Assembly: GCA_030324005.1 (NCBI GenBank)
Contig: JARDVH010000110.1
Location: forward strand, 40,563,308 to 40,627,307
DNA length: 64,000 nt
From: Negaprion brevirostris
Lineage: Eukaryota
Direction: 5' to 3'
Part shown: positions 24,416-38,199 of the stretch, one piece after another
Numbering within the stretch: the stretch's first letter is position 1
How the letters are laid out: each line of letters opens with the position of its first letter
Notes under the pieces: generated by a model
What the model was told of the DNA's origin: nothing
The model's database searches: none
Seen by the model: only the letters and a program-made list of their open reading frames with translations
Program-made: the position numbers and the translations under genes

Positions 24416-26418
24416 GTAAGTATTGAGTAACCCAATTGTTTTACAATAAACAAACGTACAAAATTTCTTCTTCCTGCTGCACAGTACTGCATTCAAGCCA
24501 CGAAGATTTTCATTTATCCATATTTCTGTAGCATTTTGGATTGAGTAATATGAAAATGAATTGTTTGGCCATGTGGCCACTACATAGCTACATGAGCCTA
24601 TTGGCAGTATTTCATTTAGATTTGCGTACAGTCTGTATTTCTCTATTGTGGTAACTAATCTTAGTTGACATTAAGACAGCACTCTAGTATATATCTGTGT
24701 ACAGTATATAGTTGCTCAAGTCTTGTAAAGGTATTTTGATCAGTCCTCAGTAAGTATTAAGATTTGCTCTTAAACTTTACATGCACAACATGTGCCAGTT
24801 GCTTTTATGAATTCTGGTTGCAACCTGGAAGAAATTCCAGTGATTAGTCAATCCTGGAAATATAGACAACTTAAATGCGCAAACATATTGGCGATGTATT
24901 ATTGTCCTTCTTGCCTTAGATGGCAGGATGGGGAGTTGTGGGGTCGACAAAGGAGGAGACTGAACCATGCTCAGTACAGTGGATTGAATAAACTTTATCA
25001 GTATATCTGAGCAAAAATTATCAAAATGTACTTCTTCATTATATTTTAAAATCTTTTTTGTTGTACGTACAACCATTTTACTAGAATGGTGTTGATTTTA
25101 AGTTTATGGAAACAGGTGGTGAATTTGTGTCTGATCTTCCCTGTTTGCCAATTTTTATTACCATTTCAATTGTAAATCCCCTGGATTAAAACACATGCAG
25201 AAATGTAAAAATAAAACTTGTAGTTGTAAAGTTCTGTTGAGAATTGGTGGAATAAACAAACAGCTGTCCCAGTGCACATTTGTATAATAAGCCCATGTTA
25301 AGCTATTGTGGATACCATATGTTATTAATTCCTCTAAAATTAATTGTGGGCATAACAGATTAATTTTGGCAAATCCTCAAAACCAAAACAATGTCTATTG
25401 CTGCAAAATTGAACCTTTTGTTTTTACTGGGTGTTGTGATCACTTAACAGACATGCGATATAATCAGGTGAAAGATTGCTGTTGCAATATATGTTGAAAA
25501 TAATTCCATGATCTGGGAATGATTGCAGGAGAAAACCGTTTTAATCAAGTAGGCACATGGTGACCAAGGAGATAGATACGGATTAAGTGAAGGACTATGA
25601 TGAAGAGGAAGATAGAGAAATCAGCTCATTAAAGTGCGTGCTAAAATCACTGAGGTTGAGGAGTTCCTTGGTTTGCAGTTAAGTAATGAAGAAGGAAAGA
25701 AATATTAACATAAAGATAGTGAGGTGGAGATGTAGTAGATGAGAATCTAGAAGGAGAGGTGGTCGAAAATTAGATGTACAAACATGGAAAGATTAACTGA
25801 ACAGTATGAAGAGGAGCCAAAATAAAAACTAACAATGCTGCAGGACCACTGTGGTTTAGGTGGGAGGTATGGTGTAATGTGGTGAAGGAGTGACAGCCGT
25901 GAGCAGGAAGGTTAACCTTTTGTGAGCTGAGTTTCATTAGGGCTTGGATATCTGTGCACGTGAGAATGAATATATGATTGAGGATGCTGAGAATATACTT
26001 TTAGGTGATATAGGGGTATTGACAGCAAGAGGTTGGACTTATTGCAGCCTGAGGAGCTTTAGAAAGGCTGCAAGAGAAGGAAACCCTTTCCCTAACCTGA
26101 TCAACCAGATCATATATGACATTCTGTTCTTGTACATAAATAGAATTCCATGACTCCTCCAAGTCTGGAAATTGGATGTGCAACATAATAGTGTAAATCC
26201 AGAGAGCCATACACGAGATTTAGCATTGGTAACAAGTCTCAAGAGAAAACAAACTCAACTGTGGGAATGGTCTGATCTTTCCCCAGTGACGGGTCAATCA
26301 GGAGCCATTGATGATATGCCCCATGCTTAAGTTCTGAGCTACCAATTGAAGCTTTAATTTGTTTTGCTGAATAGAAAATCTACCCTTTTTGAGCTCCTGT
26401 TAATTTCACTTTATTCAG

Positions 26419-26566
26419 GTTTTGCTTGCGGTGCATGCTAATGTTGAAGATCGTGGCATCAAGGGAGATATTACTCCATTGATGGCAGCTGCCAGTGGAG
26501 GCTACGTAGACATAGTAAAACTGCTACTGGCCCATGATGCTGATGTAAATGCTCAGTCTTCAACTG
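26419..26566 (+). CDS. ANKHD1: ANKHD1 coding exon (~exon 5), 148 nt: VLLAVHANVEDRGIKGDITPLMAAASGGYVDIVKLLLAHDADVNAQSST
   Basis: TTCAG|G acceptor, CTG|GTAAGT donor; overlaps ORF 26422..26622. Confidence 0.95.
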
Positions 26567-26660
26567 GTAAGTTGTTTTCAACTGGTATGGTATTTAGTTA
26601 TCTAATCTTAGTTTCTGTGTGAAGTGAGATGACACTTTATACTTTTTAATTTCTTTTTAG

Positions 26661-26894
26661 GAAACACAGCACTAACTTATGCCTGTGCTGGCGGGTTTGT
26701 TGACGTTGTAAAAGTACTTCTGAAAGCAGGAGCCAATATTGAGGATCACAATGAAAATGGTCATACACCTCTGATGGAAGCAGCAAGTGCTGGCCATGTG
26801 GAGGTTGCACGGGTGCTTTTAGAATATGGAGCTGGAATCAATACCCATTCGAATGAGTTCAAGGAAAGTGCACTTACACTGGCATGTTACAAAG
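26661..26894 (+). CDS. ANKHD1: ANKHD1 coding exon (~exon 6), 234 nt: GNTALTYACAGGFVDVVKVLLKAGANIEDHNENGHTPLMEAASAGHVEVARVLLEYGAGINTHSNEFKESALTLACYK
   Basis: Poly-Y TAG acceptor after a 94-nt intron; AAG|GTATGG donor. Confidence 0.95.
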
Positions 26895-27875
26895 GTATGG
26901 ATTTAACATTTCATAAGCTATGAAATGTGATAAAACATGTTCTTTGAACGTTGAAAACACTGAATTTAGTTTAGATATTTTCTAAGTGGTTAAAACTAAA
27001 GCAATTGGTCATGTGATGTTTGGTTTTTCTAAGAAGATTTAGTTGAGATATCCTTAGTTATAGCAAGGTAAAGAGAAATCAGTAACTTGAAAAACTAGTC
27101 TGTCCAGGGCAATTGGAATAATGCATAATTTTTATAGCAAAATTTGAAATCAGGAGTATTAAGAGTTGCAATATAGTTCCACCATAGGACTTTGAAAACT
27201 TGTGGTGCTGTTTACCTATATTAATAGTGTTTTTAACACGAGTAATATAAAGGCTTTCAACATCAGCCCTTCAAAGCATAGTACCATTTTCTTTCAGCCA
27301 CATTGGTATATTGTGCAATCATTATCTTTTCTCCCCTTCTCAAAAAAAGTAAGCATTTGAAAACTGAGAGCTTTGAAATATAAGTCTTGTTTGTATAAAA
27401 TAAATACTTGTTTGCATAAAATAAACACAGCAAAATAAATACTTGGACCTCCTCCAAGATTTGCCTCTCTATATTCTGCTATATGACCAATGCTTCCTTT
27501 GTTTCCTTTTTCATGTTCCATAAAACCAAATAAAGGACCCTTGTTGTCCTCAAGCCTTTTCTGAGTAAGAATTCACTTAGATCATGATTAATCTTCTACC
27601 TCAACTCTANNNNNNNNNNNNNNNNNNNNNNNCTCAGAGTTCAAAAATTTAATGATCTTAGCCTTGAATATACTCAAGAACTGAGCAAATTACAAATCTC
27701 TGGAAAATTCTAAAGAATTCAAAGAATTGAGCAATGCACCATTTTATAATCAAACTTATGCAGAGAGCAAGTGCATACCTCGTTTTCTGAAAAAAAAACT
27801 GATGTTTTAAATACACTTGCAAGTTGACACACATCAGATTTTTCTGTTAATATCCTGAATGACCTGTGTATTTAG

Positions 27876-27970
27876 GGCATTTGGAAATGGTGCGGTTTCT
27901 TCTTGAAGCTGGTGCTGATCAGGAGCACAAAACAGATGAAATGCATACAGCTTTAATGGAAGCATGTATG
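27876..27970 (+). CDS. ANKHD1: ANKHD1 coding exon (~exon 7), 95 nt: GHLEMVRFLLEAGADQEHKTDEMHTALMEACM
   Basis: TTTAG|G acceptor, ATG|GTAAGT donor; ORF 27866..28063. Confidence 0.95.
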
Positions 27971-28485
27971 GTAAGTGTTTTTGTGAATCTCATCTTTCCC
28001 GTTCCTCCTCAAATTACTGCACCTTTTGGATCTCAGCTTGTTACATTTTGCCTCATGCAATAAATGCAATGTTAACTCTTTTGAACACAACATTTAGTAC
28101 ATTTAATCACAAAATGTAGATTGTCAACCACTTGATGTCTGAGACGAACATGCCATTCAAACTCGAGTTCAAAACACAGGGATGAGAAAACTATACAATT
28201 TTCAAAACTGTTTTTACACAGTGACTTGATTTGTTTTTTGATTGCATGTTCATGAATATTTCTACAGAAATCTGAAGATTTTTAAGTTAAACAATGAGTT
28301 TGGATTGTATGAAAAAACCAGTGTGATGATCAGTGTTCACTGTTATATTAACTTTGAATACAAAATTGAATGTCAGCAATAAAATAAAGCAAGGCTGGAT
28401 TTGTATTTGATTTGTTTTCTATTTTAAAAACAAAGTACCAGTATTCTAACATATTAAAGTGCTGATAATTGTCTTTATTGAATAG

Positions 28486-28723
28486 GACGGCCATGTTGAG
28501 GTAGCTCGGCTCCTTTTAGACAGTGGTGCACAAGTAAATATGCCAGCTGATTCTTTTGAGTCTCCATTAACTCTTGCTGCTTGTGGTGGTCACGTGGAGT
28601 TAGCAGCTTTGCTTATAGAACGAGGAGCAAACTTAGAAGAGGTAAATGATGAAGGATATACACCATTGATGGAAGCTTCACGAGAAGGTCATGAGGAAAT
28701 GGTAGCTTTGCTGCTTGCTCAGG
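28486..28723 (+). CDS. ANKHD1: ANKHD1 coding exon (~exon 8), 238 nt: DGHVEVARLLLDSGAQVNMPADSFESPLTLAACGGHVELAALLIERGANLEEVNDEGYTPLMEASREGHEEMVALLLAQ
   Basis: ATAG|G acceptor, AGG|GTATGT donor; ORF 28540..28731. Confidence 0.95.
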
Positions 28724-29687
28724 GTATGTAATGTCCCGATATTTAACTTTATATTGAACAAGGATTCATTGATATAGCATTGTACTGGAAGAATTGTCTA
28801 TTTACTGACTATGTTGTGTGAATATAGCTATCTAGAGAAACTTGTATTATTTGGCTCTTAATTTAGCATTATCTTTTAGTATTTGAGCAGGGTAAATAAG
28901 AGCTGAAGAAATTAGGCTTCTATTCAGAGGGTCATTGGTGTACCTGTTCTCCATTAACATCCCATCACCCTTATGTTATCAGAAGATAGAAAATTACAAT
29001 CAGCAATAGCTGTTGTGCTGATAGCCTGACCACAAGGTTTTACAGTGCATCTTGTGGCTGGCCATGAGCTGTCTATTGTCTGTTTTATCTTGGATGGTTT
29101 CAGACAGATGAAATAAAATTGAAACTATTTTAAATGAGAGAATTTTTTAGCATTTGTCTCAAAATCAAGAGTTGCTTAAAAAAAAACATCTTCAGACAAT
29201 TCAGAAAAAATTGTATTTGAACTGACTAGCTTTATCTTTTCCTCCATATCTGATGGTGTTTATTCTGGTTCCCTTAAGCTGAATCATTTTCTGTCAATGA
29301 GGATGGTTTTAACTATTCTAGGCACTGTAGTAGAAAGTAAGAAACAATGACTTAGCCCCATGTATGGCATGACTAAAAAAACTGCTGAATTGAAATAGAC
29401 AAAAATACTTTTTATTTGTCTAATCTTTTATTCTCCCCATTGAGTTTCCTCTGTCTCCAGTCACACTTCATGCCAGTGATTACACATTGCATTGGAATTC
29501 CTTGGACAATGTCAACAATTTTGGTTGTAGGTCAGCTAGCTTTTATTTAGCATTTGTGTAACATACCAAGTTCCATAATAAAGTTGCCAAACAAAAACTA
29601 TTATCATACCGTAATAAATTAAAATTGTAGGGGTCCAGTTGAGGAAACTGTTCATTAATTATGAATTGCTGCCTGGACTACTTATAG

Positions 29688-29879
29688 GAGCCAATATAAA
29701 TGCACAGACAGAAGAAACCCAAGAGACGGCCCTGACTCTAGCTTGCTGTGGAGGCTTCTTGGAAGTTGCAGACTTTTTAATAAAGGCAGGAGCTGACATT
29801 GAATTGGGTTGTTCAACACCATTGATGGAGGCTGCTCAAGAAGGTCATCTTGAATTGGTCAAATATTTACTTGCAGCAG
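29688..29879 (+). CDS. ANKHD1: ANKHD1 coding exon (~exon 9), 192 nt: GANINAQTEETQETALTLACCGGFLEVADFLIKAGADIELGCSTPLMEAAQEGHLELVKYLLAA
   Basis: ATAG|G acceptor, CAG|GTGTGT donor; ORF 29639..29899. Confidence 0.95.
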
Positions 29880-30956
29880 GTGTGTTCCTGATTTTATAGT
29901 GATTATTTACCCAGTGTCTAATATCCCAAATAAGGTTTTACTATTTTACTTTAGAATCCAGAAGAATTGTGTAGCTTAGAAGTGTAAAAGTACTATCACA
30001 AGTTAGTGCAGTATACAACTTTATGTATCATGAGCAATATAGTATGCATCCTTGTCTCTCCACATAAACTAGTTGCACATAGTAAGTTGCACAATACAAC
30101 CAGCTGTTATAGAGTAATGTAATTAATTAAATCAAATTTCAGTTACAAGATAGAAAATTCAATTCTGCATTATTGAGTAGATTTGTAATGAGATCCTTTA
30201 ATAGTGAGTATTTATTAGTACTTTTAGCCTCTTCACCTATGCTGCAAGCAGCCCACAAAATAATAGTGCTTGGGTAAACACTTAACTGGATTACCAATAA
30301 TTGCAGACAAAATACAAACAAGTTTTTTTAATTTTTACTGCTTTGTTGCTTATTTTGGCAATCTTTTTAGATTTATTTTCCTTACTTCTACAATTTTGAT
30401 TACTTAAATCTAATGTTTAATCCAAACATGCACACACTTAATATGGGCACTCATTTTGATCATTGTAAGTTGTGGATTCACAGATGAACAAGAATTCCTT
30501 GCAGTAAATTAATTATCTTTTTGTCACTTTAGAAGGAGTTCAGTCACAATCACAATGTATTTAACATGGGAAAGTATGTGTATTAATTATTACTGGTGCT
30601 AACCAACTCTGAAAATTCTATTAGAGGGGTAATGGATGGAGGACCATCAATTTCAAGCATAAAACATTGTGTAGTTTTTGAAGGCCTATCAGATGTCAAA
30701 TCTAATTTGTGGAACCAAACACTTCAAGCCTTGCATCTGAAACAGAAATTGCACCTGCATTTACAAATGTTTCACTTTAATTACTGCTTAAATTATTTTG
30801 TGCGTTACAGTAATTATTCATTTAAAAACATGTTGTATTTCTAAATGAAGTGATAAAGTATTTACAGGATAGTCTTACCAGACGTTTTAAACATCCAAAA
30901 TGTTTTTAGTATCACATGTTATATTTGAAATGTTAAAGAATTCTTGTCTTTATTAG

Positions 30957-31066
30957 GAGCAAATGTGCATGCCACTACAGCTACAGGAGATACAGCCTTA
31001 ACATATGCCTGTGAAAACGGGCATACTGATGTTGCTGATGTTCTCTTACAAGCAGGAGCTGATTTG
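30957..31066 (+). CDS. ANKHD1: ANKHD1 coding exon (~exon 10), 110 nt: GANVHATTATGDTALTYACENGHTDVADVLLQAGADL
   Basis: TTAG|G acceptor, TTG|GTAAGA donor; ORF 30944..31138. Confidence 0.95.
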
Positions 31067-31346
31067 GTAAGAATTGCTATATTCTGTGACAATGTTGTAG
31101 GGTTTGGCCAATGGGGAGATGTGAATATGATCATTTAGTTGACTACAATCGGCAAATCTCTGCAAAGATTATAAATAACTTTCAAATAAAATATTTTTAT
31201 TGCAAGGTTAAATTACAAATGTAGTAGGATCTGTATAGTTATGTTTAATGGAATTTTGAAGTTTGCTTATTGGAATTAGCATTCTACAATTAGCATTCTA
31301 GTTTTTGAACACTTCTGAGGTTCCAAAGCTGTCATCCTTTTTTTAG

Positions 31347-31434
31347 GAACATGAATCTGAAGGTGGGAGGACGCCTTTAATGAAAGCTGCGAGAGCTGGC
31401 CATTTGTGCACAGTACAGTTCCTCATCAGTAAAG
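31347..31434 (+). CDS. ANKHD1: ANKHD1 coding exon (~exon 11), 88 nt: EHESEGGRTPLMKAARAGHLCTVQFLISK
   Basis: Poly-T TAG acceptor, AAG|GTGAGC donor. Confidence 0.95.
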
Positions 31435-31994
31435 GTGAGCCTTTGTGTTCCTCCCACAGGATGTTCCAAACTTTCCCCAATGTAAAATTTTGAGTTTAAA
31501 ATTGTGATCTATGATGGGCAGTTTTTCTCAACTATACTTTGATCAATCGCTGGTTGATTTGGTGGGTGAAGTGTGGAGGACGAGTGCGCATGGGCACGTA
31601 TTTTATTAATCTGGAGGAGGAGTTACAGGGCAGCTGCATTCAAGCATTGTGAAACACCCTGTTGCTATTAATTGTTTTGAATAATTTCATTGTCTTTTTG
31701 GCTGGCCTAACCCTCAGTAGCTGACAAGTCTGCAAAGCCTGAAACGTGGGTCCTAAGTCCCTTGTAGCCAGTGACTGGTGTGACTGTCCCATTTGATTTC
31801 CACCCCCCCTTGATGCCCTCTTCTTCCTACCCCACTCCATGACCCTACTAAATCTGGTGGGTGTGAGACATTTCAATTTCTGATGATGCATGTAAGCAGA
31901 GATCGTAATGAGGAGTAGGTCTTGTAATTATGTCTATTCAAATGCTCTGTCTCCTGTCCCATAAAATAATTGGCGATAATGAACAGCAGAAGAG

Positions 31995-32099
31995 TCCATC
32001 GAATCCCTACAATGCAGTAGGAGGCCATTCAGCTCAGCGATCTGCACTGACTCTCTGAAAGAGCACTCTGCCTAGGTCCATTCCCCTCCCCTATCCCCA
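31995..32099 (-). mobile_element. SINE/CR1 3' tail running into a ~800-N gap
   Basis: ATCGAATCCCTACAATGCAGTAGGAGGCCATTCAGC matches the tail of the SINE at 10085. Confidence 0.65.
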
Positions 32100-33704
32100 N
32101 NNNNNNNNNNNNNNNNNNNNNNNNNNNNNNNNNNNNNNNNNNNNNNNNNNNNNNNNNNNNNNNNNNNNNNNNNNNNNNNNNNNNNNNNNNNNNNNNNNNN
32201 NNNNNNNNNNNNNNNNNNNNNNNNNNNNNNNNNNNNNNNNNNNNNNNNNNNNNNNNNNNNNNNNNNNNNNNNNNNNNNNNNNNNNNNNNNNNNNNNNNNN
32301 NNNNNNNNNNNNNNNNNNNNNNNNNNNNNNNNNNNNNNNNNNNNNNNNNNNNNNNNNNNNNNNNNNNNNNNNNNNNNNNNNNNNNNNNNNNNNNNNNNNN
32401 NNNNNNNNNNNNNNNNNNNNNNNNNNNNNNNNNNNNNNNNNNNNNNNNNNNNNNNNNNNNNNNNNNNNNNNNNNNNNNNNNNNNNNNNNNNNNNNNNNNN
32501 NNNNNNNNNNNNNNNNNNNNNNNNNNNNNNNNNNNNNNNNNNNNNNNNNNNNNNNNNNNNNNNNNNNNNNNNNNNNNNNNNNNNNNNNNNNNNNNNNNNN
32601 NNNNNNNNNNNNNNNNNNNNNNNNNNNNNNNNNNNNNNNNNNNNNNNNNNNNNNNNNNNNNNNNNNNNNNNNNNNNNNNNNNNNNNNNNNNNNNNNNNNN
32701 NNNNNNNNNNNNNNNNNNNNNNNNNNNNNNNNNNNNNNNNNNNNNNNNNNNNNNNNNNNNNNNNNNNNNNNNNNNNNNNNNNNNNNNNNNNNNNNNNNNN
32801 NNNNNNNNNNNNNNNNNNNNNNNNNNNNNNNNNNNNNNNNNNNNNNNNNNNNNNNNNNNNNNNNNNNNNNNNNNNNNNNNNNNNNNNNNNNNNNCTATTT
32901 GGGCATGTATTGTTGTTGGAGCACAGCATCCTAGTAAAATACTGGTAACCTGGGTCAGGAGAATTAAAGTTTTTGGATGAATTTTAAATCCAGTATACAC
33001 TTGTAAAGGGTGCTTTGGAGCTGGAGGCAGCAAAGTGCTGCAGGAGGGACGCTCAGTGGAAATATGTGTTTTCTTTTTGGAGTCAATTTGATTATGAAAC
33101 GTGGGTGACTTCTATCTGAACAACTTTGAATTCTTGAAGACGTATTATCAATGGACATATTCTGCTCATCCCCAAAACAGTGCAGGTTATTTAAAATATA
33201 CAGCTGCCTGATGAAGATTGCAAAGCAAATGCCTCCCATTCCCAGTGAAAAGTAACCAGAAATGACTGTGCCTAGAGGTTTTATATATCTGTGACGGATA
33301 AGATGTAGTATTATTGTCCCAGAAGTTATTTTATAATTCTCAGTTGACTTTGCTTTCCAAGAGGTATGGGATCTTGAAGCGTTACAGCTGGTGAAATCAC
33401 AAGCAAATTATCCTATATGTAGGAAAACCTGTAGTCCAACTTTTTTGTAACCTTATTCAATGCTGTCTCAATCCTTTTGATTTCTTGCCCATTTTCCTGT
33501 CCCTTGAATGTCAAAAATATTGTAGATTTTTGCAATGCATTTTTTAAAAAATGCTGATTTTTATCAGTGAAAAATTCAGGAAATGCTGCGAGACTTGCAG
33601 CTGAAACAGAGTGATCATGGAATATTCTATGTTCCTGATCACTAGATTTGACCAGAATAATCCATTTTGTTGACATCCTTCAAGCAGCTGTTGTTGTAAA
33701 GATC

Positions 33705-34835
33705 CTCAATAGGAATAGGCCATTCAGCCTACTGGAACTGACCTGCTATTTAATAAGATCATGGCTGACCTGTTAGGTGGCCTTAACCACACTTTCCTGC
33801 TTGCCCCATAACCCTTGACTCTGCTAATCAAAAATCAGTCTAAAACAGCCTTGAATATGTTCAATTCCCCATCCTCCACTGCACTATGGGAAGAAATAAC
33901 AATTGTGAAAGAAAAACTTTCACCATATCTGTATCTTGAATGGAAGATACTTTGAATGTTTCAATAAGATAATCTCTCGTTCTTCTAAGTTGAGTGTAGG
34001 TCCATCCTGCTCAATTTTCCCTCGACAACCATTTCGTATCAGGAATCAGCTTAATGAACATTCTTTAAACTGTTTCTCATGCAAGTATATCCCTTAAGCA
34101 AGACAACCAAAGCTATAGTCTGGTCTCACTAATATCTTGTACAGTTGTAGGAGGACTTTCCCTTGTTTTATTCTCCATTCCCTAGCTATAAAGGCCAACA
34201 TTCCATTTACCTTCCTAATTGTACTACACCTGTATGGTAACTTTCTGTGATTCATGTAGAAGGCCATCCGGATCCCTTTTATAGTGCAGCATTGTATAAT
34301 TTGTCTCCATTTAAATAATTTGCTGCTTATCTATTCTTCCTTCAAAGTGGTTAATCTGTTCCTACATTTTACTCCATCTGTTAAATCTTTGCCCATTTAC
34401 TTAACCTATCCATAGTTCTTTGCAATCTCCTCCCTCCTCACAGCTTGCTCTCCTACCTATCTTTGGATTGTCAGGAAATTCAGCTACAACAGTCAGTTCC
34501 TTCATCAAGTTCATTAACATGGATCATAAATAGTTGAGGCTCCAGCACTGATCTGTGTGACACTCTGAGATACAGTATGCCAAGTTGAAAGTGAAGCATT
34601 TCTGAAATGATCTGCCATCTATACTTACGTATCACCCCCAACAGCATGTATCCTATCTAGTGTGGTATCCTTTTAAGTAACACTTGATCAAATGCATTTT
34701 GGAAATCCAAATATTCTATTTCTACTGAGTTTCCTTCTATCCATCCTTTTTGCATCCTCAAAAATCCTGTAAACAAATTTTTCAAGTACTATTTCCCTTT
34801 AACAAAGCCACATTGAATTTTCCTAATTGTATTAT
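33705..34835 (-). mobile_element. Degraded CR1 LINE 3' portion
   Basis: CR1 tail AGGAATAGGCCATTCAGCC...AAGATCATGGCTGA; antisense LDFQNAFD-like motif near 34690. Confidence 0.75.
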
Positions 34836-34844
34836 AATTTTAAG

Positions 34845-35135
34845 TTTTAAAGTTTATTTATTAGTGTCACAAATAGACTTACATTAACACTGCAATGAAA
34901 TAACTTCATTGCATTTTCACAGTAATGTAAAATTTCCTAGTCGCAACTCACAGAATTTAGCATGGCCGATACACCTAACCAGCATGTCTTTGGGACTGAG
35001 GAAACCGGAGCACTGGAAGGAAACCCATGCAGACGTGGGGAGAAGTTGCGGATTCCCCACAGGCAGTGACCCAAGCTGGGAATTGAACTTGGGTCCCTGG
35101 AGCTGTGAGGCAGCATAGCACTGTGCCACTGTGTC
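34845..35135 (-). mobile_element. tRNA-derived SINE (same family as 12822-13095)
   Basis: Tail TTATTAGTGTCACAAATAGACTTACATTAACACTGCAATG; head GACCCAAGCTGGGAATTGAAC...TGTGAGGCAGC. Confidence 0.8.
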
Positions 35136-35450
35136 CTACTACTACCACCTTAATAATGGATTGCAGCCTACCTTTTGAAGTAATAATAATACGTTTATCA
35201 AGTGTTATTCACCTCAAAAACTGCTGAGGAGGAGTATATAGATGTTTTACCTTTCTCCATCTTGCCTATTCCAGAAAAATATGTATTTTTAATTGAAAGT
35301 TGCTTTAGAGAATAGCTGTGGCATTAGAAGTTATTGCGTGCATACTAAATTATGTTTAAGGTATTACTGGAATTGATGCAAAATGTGTGCAGATTGTGTA
35401 TTCAGCCACAAATGTTCCACATGAACCAGGCTCTCACTTTGTCTTTGCAG

Positions 35451-35578
35451 GGGCAAATGTAAACAGGGCTACAGCTAACAATGATCATACAGTGGTCTCT
35501 TTAGCATGTGCTGGAGGGCACCTTGCTGTTGTTGAACTCCTTTTGGCACATGGGGCAGATCCTACACATCGATTAAAG
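35451..35578 (+). CDS. ANKHD1: ANKHD1 coding exon (~exon 12), 128 nt: GANVNRATANNDHTVVSLACAGGHLAVVELLLAHGADPTHRLK
   Basis: TTGCAG|G acceptor, AAG|GTATTT donor; ORF 35387..35638. Confidence 0.95.
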
Positions 35579-35708
35579 GTATTTAAATTCTCCTTCACAA
35601 GATCTATTTTTAAAGGACTAAACTGTACAGCAATTTGACACAGCAAATATCCTTTTAGAAAATTTATCTTATGAAAAACAAGAGCTGGCTTAATTTTGTG
35701 TTTCTTAG

Positions 35709-35852
35709 GATGGTTCCACTATGCTCATTGAAGCTGCTAAAGGGGGGCATACAAATGTGGTTTCGTACTTATTAGACTACCCGAACAACATCTTGCCTGT
35801 ACCGGGATCAGATGTGGCTCAGCTCACACCACCTTCACACGACCAGTCTCAG
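35709..35852 (+). CDS. ANKHD1: ANKHD1 coding exon (~exon 13), 144 nt: DGSTMLIEAAKGGHTNVVSYLLDYPNNILPVPGSDVAQLTPPSHDQSQ
   Basis: CTTAG|G acceptor, CAG|GTGAGT donor. Confidence 0.95.
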
Positions 35853-36789
35853 GTGAGTTTACCAATTACTTGCAACCTGCTGCACCTCATTAAAATTTAA
35901 ACCACTAACTTTCGTCAGACTGATACGACAGCTAGCTTATCTGCTTTTTAAGCAGGTGCTAATAAAAATGCAAACTTGAAGCAAGGAAATTTAGTTAATG
36001 TTATCTTGTGGGGTGTAAGTCTGAGCAAATTTTGTTTTTTCTGATTTTATATATTTCATTTTAACATGCTATGTAAGTTCTAATTACAAAACTAATGTCC
36101 GCATGAAACAAAGTTGCACATGATTTGAGAAATCACAAATTGCAATTGTCACACTTTGAACAAGACTAAAACTTTTACATCATCTTATATGCTTTTAAAA
36201 CTTTTAATATCAGCTACAGCCTGCATTCCTTTTATTTTTTAAATGATAGAATTTCAACTTTTAAATTCTATCAGGTATATTGGCATAAAGTCTCCCTAAT
36301 GTGGCTCCTAATTAAGTTACAATCAGGGCTAGTCATGCACATTAGAATTTGAATTTATTTTTCAGCTTTTTTAATTTCCTAATCTCAGTCTTCTGGTAGC
36401 ACCCCTGCTAAACTGATTACATTTACTGAATCTCATAACTGTTCCGGTTTCCTTCAGAGTTTCAGATCCCTGTCTTCTCTGTCTGACACAATACTGCGCT
36501 CCTTCTCTGAAGTCCTGTGTATTTTTATGTCGGTGCCCCTGAATCACTGTCACTAAGCAACAGTAAAGTTTCCCCTTTTTCTCCCTCACTGAATTATCAA
36601 CCCTATAACTTCAGAGGTTGTAAAATCTCGTGTGTTTTTAAATATATTTATAGATATATGTAATATATTTAATATATATTACATAAAACCCAAATGACCT
36701 GACTTTTCAGTCACATATTACAGTTCATGAACAGAACTTAAANNNNNNNNNNAAAGGGACTGTGATGCCAAAGAATAACTGACATTAGA

Positions 36790-37280
36790 ATATTACAAAG
36801 AATGAGGGACCTGAATTATGTGCAGAAACTGGGGAAATCTCCTTGGAGTAAAATAGGTTAATAGGTATAAACAGCTGTGATATGTAAGAAGAAACTGTTT
36901 ACATCTAGAGGACATACCTCAACTGGCAGAAAATGTAGAGCGCTGTGGGAAAACATTTTTGTGTATTGAGTTAAATCTGAAATGCACTTCCTGAGAGAGT
37001 GGTGCACAGAGTTGGAAGCGATGCTGTCAAGTAGCATAACTTGCTCATGGATGCTGAGTTTGGGTTCCTCCAGGGTCATTCAGCTTCTGACCTCATTCCA
37101 GCATTGGTTCAAACGTGGATAAAAGAGCTGAACTCCGTAGGTAAGGTGAGAGTGATTTCCCCTTGATATCAAGGCAGCATTTGACTGAAGGTGGCATCAA
37201 AACTGAAGTGGAAAGGGGCTGGACATGGGGTACTCCACCTTTCACAAAAGAAGATGGTTGTGATTGTTGGTGATCAATCA
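36790..37280 (+). mobile_element. Decayed CR1 fragments
   Basis: CR1-like 3' sequence at 36800-37020; LDIKAAFD-like RT remnant near 37160. Confidence 0.55.
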
Positions 37281-38199
37281 TCTCAGTTCTAGAATATCAC
37301 NNNNNNNNNNNNNNNNNNNNNNNNNNNNNNNNNNNNNNNNNNNNNNNNNNNNNNNNNNNNNNNNNNNNNNNNNNNNNNNNNNNNNNNNNNNNNNNNNNNN
37401 GAGAGAGAAACACTTCCAGTTTAATGTCCCTTCTAAAACCTCAATCCTGCAGCTCAGAACTGCAAATGAAAGAGCCCCTGTCACCTGATCTGCCGACTAG
37501 TTCTTCTGACAAAGAAGAACCACAAGTTCTCAATAAAAATAAACCCCCGTTTCAGTAGCCTAAGGAGCAATAAAAGGACATCTGGTAGATAGCTAGACAA
37601 AAATGACAAACATTGAAGCTGAAAGCTCCAGAGATCATGATTTTTTTAAAAAAAACTTAAAGGTACACTAATGTCACACTTTCAAAAAGATATTTGAATT
37701 CGGATGACCGTCTTAAGGTCTCATGACAGCTACAAGTTTGAAGATTTACTGTAAAAATCAAGCTAAAAGCAGCAGTAACTGAGCACTACTTTTTTAAAAT
37801 AATTTGTAATCTTAAGAGGCTTCCCCATTTAAGTTTTAAAATGGCCAGAAATCCCTGTCACGTTTATACTTTACACAGTCCCTTAAATGGGACTATTCCC
37901 CAGAACTAATCCAAAGCTGCTATTGAATCCTGATGTCCATTTCCATTTTTCTTTCCCAGCTGGGTGACGTCTAATCCCAGAACTAACTTCCACTGAGGGC
38001 TACACTGGAGATTGTTTTACTGCCAAAGTCAGTAAAACTTCTAGCCTGCTTTAAATCCTCGCATCACAGTCTTCCCACTTTGTGTGTGAGCTCCCATCTA
38101 TGCTCTGTGCCATGAACCATAGGGTCAATATTTTCTTTGCTTCAGGTGCAGGATTGGCTGCTAATTTTTCTGTTTTCCTGCTGCCTCTCCATTCATGCA

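Noticed and set aside
31067-31346. Looked for the human alternative 'VBARP'-type exon (DKQEDMKTIL..., recalled) after exon 10
   Set aside because: The 280-nt intron contains no similar reading frame.
36638-36686. AT-rich quasi-palindrome
   Set aside because: Low-complexity (TA)n-like sequence.
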